A stretch of 63,756 nt of DNA, the filler included, from Octopus bimaculoides (taxonomy: Eukaryota): the NCBI RefSeq assembly GCF_001194135.2. It is 6 parts of 6 records of this genome, joined end to end, with 100 filler letters (N's around TTAATTAATTAA, not from the genome) between each part and the next. Parts side by side here need not be neighbours in the genome. Positions count along the whole stretch, not along the records: positions 58,291 to 60,671 come from NC_068993.1; positions 60,772 to 63,756 come from NC_069001.1; 4 more parts are not named here. One strand, 5' to 3'. Made by a program: the position numbers and the translations under genes. Within the stretch, counting starts at the first letter, position 1. The number at the start of each line of letters is the position of its first letter. The notes below the pieces were generated by a model, which saw only the letters and a program-made list of their open reading frames with translations, did not search any database and was not told the DNA's origin. Below, piece after piece: positions 59,833-63,756 of this stretch.

Positions 59833-60416
59833 AGCGCAACTCTGGGTCAGAGTAGACCTGGGAACAATCGTGGTTAAGAGTTGGTTCCACTCTCTTCAAA
59901 ATCTTGGTACTCCCGAAATAAAGCCCACTACAGGATGCAGTTTAAAGTCATACGCAGGACACACACCCTCCTCCACACATACACATAATCAACCCTATTA
60001 AGCTATGTTTAATTTGCGTATGAATAAAGTTTACCCGCACCCCATTCATTTGGCTTTCTCAGATCTATTTCGGGGGGAATGTTTGCATTTCTATTTTTTA
60101 AAAATTCCTTCTGGCTCTTACTAATAGATAGGCGAGACAACTCACTTCAAATCCCATTCAGGGGCGATGGACATCGATGTTTCGTCATTTTTGTCATTTA
60201 TCAACTTTACCTACCTGAACCGAATTGAAGGAGAACTGAATCACCAGTCCATAGCTCGGTGAACAAGCAAGGTACATACACCGAGTGCATGTGTTCGATA
60301 ACACACACACACAGAGTAGACAACCACATATGATCCTGATCGTTGAGAGTGTGCAACCACTCAACAGGCAATCAGTGCTATGACTATATGCCTTTGTGAT
60401 TTAAGCAAGCAAGAAG

Positions 60417-60521
<105 letters not shown>

Positions 60522-60899
60522 GTGTGTGTACATCAAATGGTGTATATGCGTGTTTGTACACATTAAACTACGTGTGTGTGTGTTGTGTGTGTGTTGTGTG
60601 TGTGTGTATGTTGTGTGTGTGTGTGTGTGTTGTGTGTGTGTGTGTGTTGTGTGTGTGTGTGTGTTGTGTGTNNNNNNNNNNNNNNNNNNNNNNNNNNNNN
60701 NNNNNNNNNNNNNNNTTAATTAATTAANNNNNNNNNNNNNNNNNNNNNNNNNNNNNNNNNNNNNNNNNNNNGTGGTGGTAGTGGTGGTGGTGGTGGTGGT
60801 GGTGACTATAGTGTTGGCAGTGGTGTTAGTTGATTTGGACAAGTTTTGTTATTGTTGTTGTTGTTCTTTTTCTTTTCTTCTTCTTTATCATTATTATTA

Positions 60900-60936
<37 letters not shown>

Positions 60937-61349
60937 CATTATTATTATTGTTGGAGTTGGTGATGATGGTGGTATGAAAGGTGGTGGTAGCGGGGCTGGT
61001 GCTGGCGGTGGCATTGGATAGCAGCTGTGATGGTAGTGTTGGCGTTGGCAGTAGTGACGACGGTGGGGAGAGGGGCGCTTAGTGTCGGTTGGCGGCGGGA
61101 AAAGAGATGTTTAACTTCCGCCAGGTACATTGGCGCCATCTTTAATTTCTTTCAATTTCATTCGATTTCGTTCAATTAAATTCAACTTATTGTCATCGTA
61201 GGCAAAACACAATGAAAAACTAAGTCTGAAGTCCAAATTGCACCAAATCACGGCTCATGTTCGATGTCTGCTGCTTCTCTTCGCTGCATCGTCCTCCATG
61301 TTAGCATCCCGTTATGTAATCAGGATAATATTTGTATATGTAACAATCC

Positions 61350-61391
<42 letters not shown>

Positions 61392-61629
61392 TCATTAATA
61401 CTCACACACATACATAAATATAGTGTGTGTATCTATAAACATGTATGTATATATCTATGTGTGTGTGTCTGCGTGTGTTTGTCCCCAATACTAGTTTCCA
61501 GATTGAGAGAGTGGGACTGGTTCTGCACACACCATGTCCACTAGAATAAAAATACCGTCGTCCAGGTTGTTTAGCAAACCAAAGCACCAGCATATTTTGT
61601 TCATAAGTCCTGTAGCAACGAGGACTGGC

Positions 61630-61770
61630 AAAGGATGCTACTGTAACGTGTGCAACCGGATCTGCTAATCCCGGATCGGCCGTAATTCCCACTTGAGACT
61701 TAATGACAAAGCATTGAACTTAGATCATCTTGCCGAGTCCTTATTCGTCGAAGCGACGACAGAGTCCACC
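61630..61770 (+). pseudogene. Possible RTE-type LINE C-terminal zinc-finger remnant
   Basis: CYCNVCNRIC*SRIGRNSHLR (61636-61698) resembles the C..C.R.C.SRIGL.SH.R end of RTE ORF2. One in-frame TAA. Confidence 0.4.
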
Positions 61771-62249
61771 ATCACCGCCACTACCGTTCCGTGCTTGCTG
61801 CACAATTTCAATCTTGAACTGCGTGACAAATAACTCGTATTTAGAACAGCGTAGATACTCCTGTTCGTATTATTGCATTTTTACCTTTTATTATGAATCC
61901 TGAATGGTCTGAATGGTTACAGAAAATGGAGGGAGAAAATAAAACGCAACATGATAGATTGTTTACAAGATATTTAGTTACACCATCTTACGTACATTTC
62001 ATTTCATTAACAATGTGTGTGTGTGTGTTTTGAGTGTATCCATACGTGTGGATGTATGGATNNNNNNNNNNNNNNNNNNNNNNNNNNNNNNNNNNNNNNN
62101 NNNNNNNNNNNNNNNNNNNNNNNNNNNNNNNNNNNNNNNNNNNNNNTATATATATATAACATATTCGTAAATATGATGTATGTGTGTATGCATGTTTGTA
62201 TGAACGTATTGAGTAGACACACACAAGCAGATGTGAATGTTTATATATA

Positions 62250-62296
62250 TACATTTATACGTGTGTGTGCGTGTGTGTGTACAGGGAGAGAGGATA

Positions 62297-62330
<34 letters not shown>

Positions 62331-63722
62331 TGAGATAGATAGAGAGATAGAGAACGGGGTTTAGTTACCCAGACAAGTTTCCCTCCTCCCCACTCGTATA
62401 CACACGCACACACACGGTTCCACTTCTGCACACGCATATTATACCGAGACACGCACGTCCATGGACAAATACACACACGAGAACACACAAGCACATACAC
62501 ACACCACCACCAGGTGCACACTGTCCTGTAATTAAGACCTGCGTCCGTGTCCAATGCCAAAGCGGTCCGATACGATACATAGTTACACACCCGTACACTT
62601 ACACACACGCATATGTATAACATATAGACACACATCCATATCCCTCCCTCGTACACACTCACACACACATATGTATATATACAGACACATACACACATTT
62701 CTGTAATTAGAGCTAAAGTCTGGATCCAATGGCAAGGTGAGCCAAAACGACACACACACATACATACACACGTGCGCAGAAACACACACACACATACACA
62801 CACGTAAGCATACAAACTGCCGTATACAAACAACGCACACATAAACTGTGTACACATATACACACTCGCGAGCGCACACACACACACAGACACAAGCGTA
62901 CACTTCGTTATTCACACAAAAGCTCATATATTGGTATACATGTATACATACACAGACACACAAACACACACAAAGAGCTACGTACACACACAAGGGCACA
63001 TTGCTTTGTAGAGACATACGTACACGTACTCACGCATACACAGGTACGTACACATACAGCTATTTCCATACGTACACACACACACACACACACAAGCGGT
63101 CAAACTCCATTATATAAATACGAAAGCACATTCGTACACTCAAACACTCTTTCAGTCACACACACACAAAGTGCACACACAGACAAACGTATAAACTCCT
63201 GTACATACACATAAACACATGCACATATCTGAACTTGCACACACACACATACACAAACACACATTTACATACACACATTCACACACAGACAAGCGGAGTA
63301 CAAAAACCCACATTTGTACAAACGCGCACACACACACGTACACACACACACGTACACACACACACGTACACACACACACGTACACACAAGCTTCTTACTA
63401 CATTCGTACACACAAATATGATGAGTAAAAGCGACCGTACACATATATATATATATATCCGAACACAGACTACTTACACACGTACACACAGATACACGCA
63501 TATACGCACACGCACACACACACATTTGCATACATACACACAGACTACTTACATACGTACACACACGTACAAATTCGCACACGTACACACGCAAACACAC
63601 ACACATAAACTACTTACATACGCACACACATCAGCACATACTTTCAAACACACACACACACAAACTAGTTACGTATACATACACACATTCGCACACACAC
63701 ACACACACACACAGACTACTTA

Positions 63723-63756
<34 letters not shown>
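62250..63756. repeat. Cryptic (CA/TACA)-rich low-complexity region with degenerate higher-order units (CAGACTACTTAC motif)
   Basis: The motif or close variants recur at about 63465, 63541, 63607, 63662 and 63712. Confidence 0.8.

Noticed and set aside
60220-60270. Minus-strand 40-nt exon ending CAG|GTAGGT
   Set aside because: Only a donor-like motif with a weak acceptor and no other support.
61580-61690. miRNA hairpin
   Set aside because: No recognisable conserved mature sequence and no long stem found by eye.

Overview
Gene-poor, AT-rich animal genomic DNA from a draft assembly with many N gaps. The SINE and RTE repeat families resemble those known from octopodid cephalopods (Octopus); this is an inference from recognising the repeats. 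Five identical 100-nt spacers (44 N + TTAATTAATTAA + 44 N) split the window into six separately assembled pieces, so adjacency across them is unproven. Almost everything identifiable is decayed mobile DNA plus microsatellites. DNA transposons: two Helitron remnants, two mariners, an internally deleted maT-like element with both TIRs, and hAT/other MITEs. Non-LTR retroelements: several RTE-clade LINEs (one with a PHD-type finger after the RT core), R4/Dong-type elements in (AAT)n, a Penelope-like element (PLE) and PLE terminal repeats, and three tRNA-derived SINE families. LTR elements: a Ty3/gypsy gag-protease remnant and a non-coding mini LTR element with a tRNA-Trp PBS. There is also a 5S rRNA pseudogene. 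No complete protein-coding gene is visible. The only host-gene candidates are two minus-strand first-exon-like segments at about 28.2 and 27.0 kb. Best leads: a variant minimal hammerhead-ribozyme motif in three PLE terminal repeats; the mini LTR element whose promoter points at the candidate first exon; a signal-peptide-like exon broken by one UGA; an unexplained (AAT)n-flanked retroposon that co-occurs with Dong elements; a convergent SINE array that could form long dsRNA; and an HDV-ribozyme-like fold at an RTE 5' end. Most supplied ORFs are microsatellite or N-gap artefacts. Repeat boundaries are read by eye and approximate unless TSDs or TIRs are stated.
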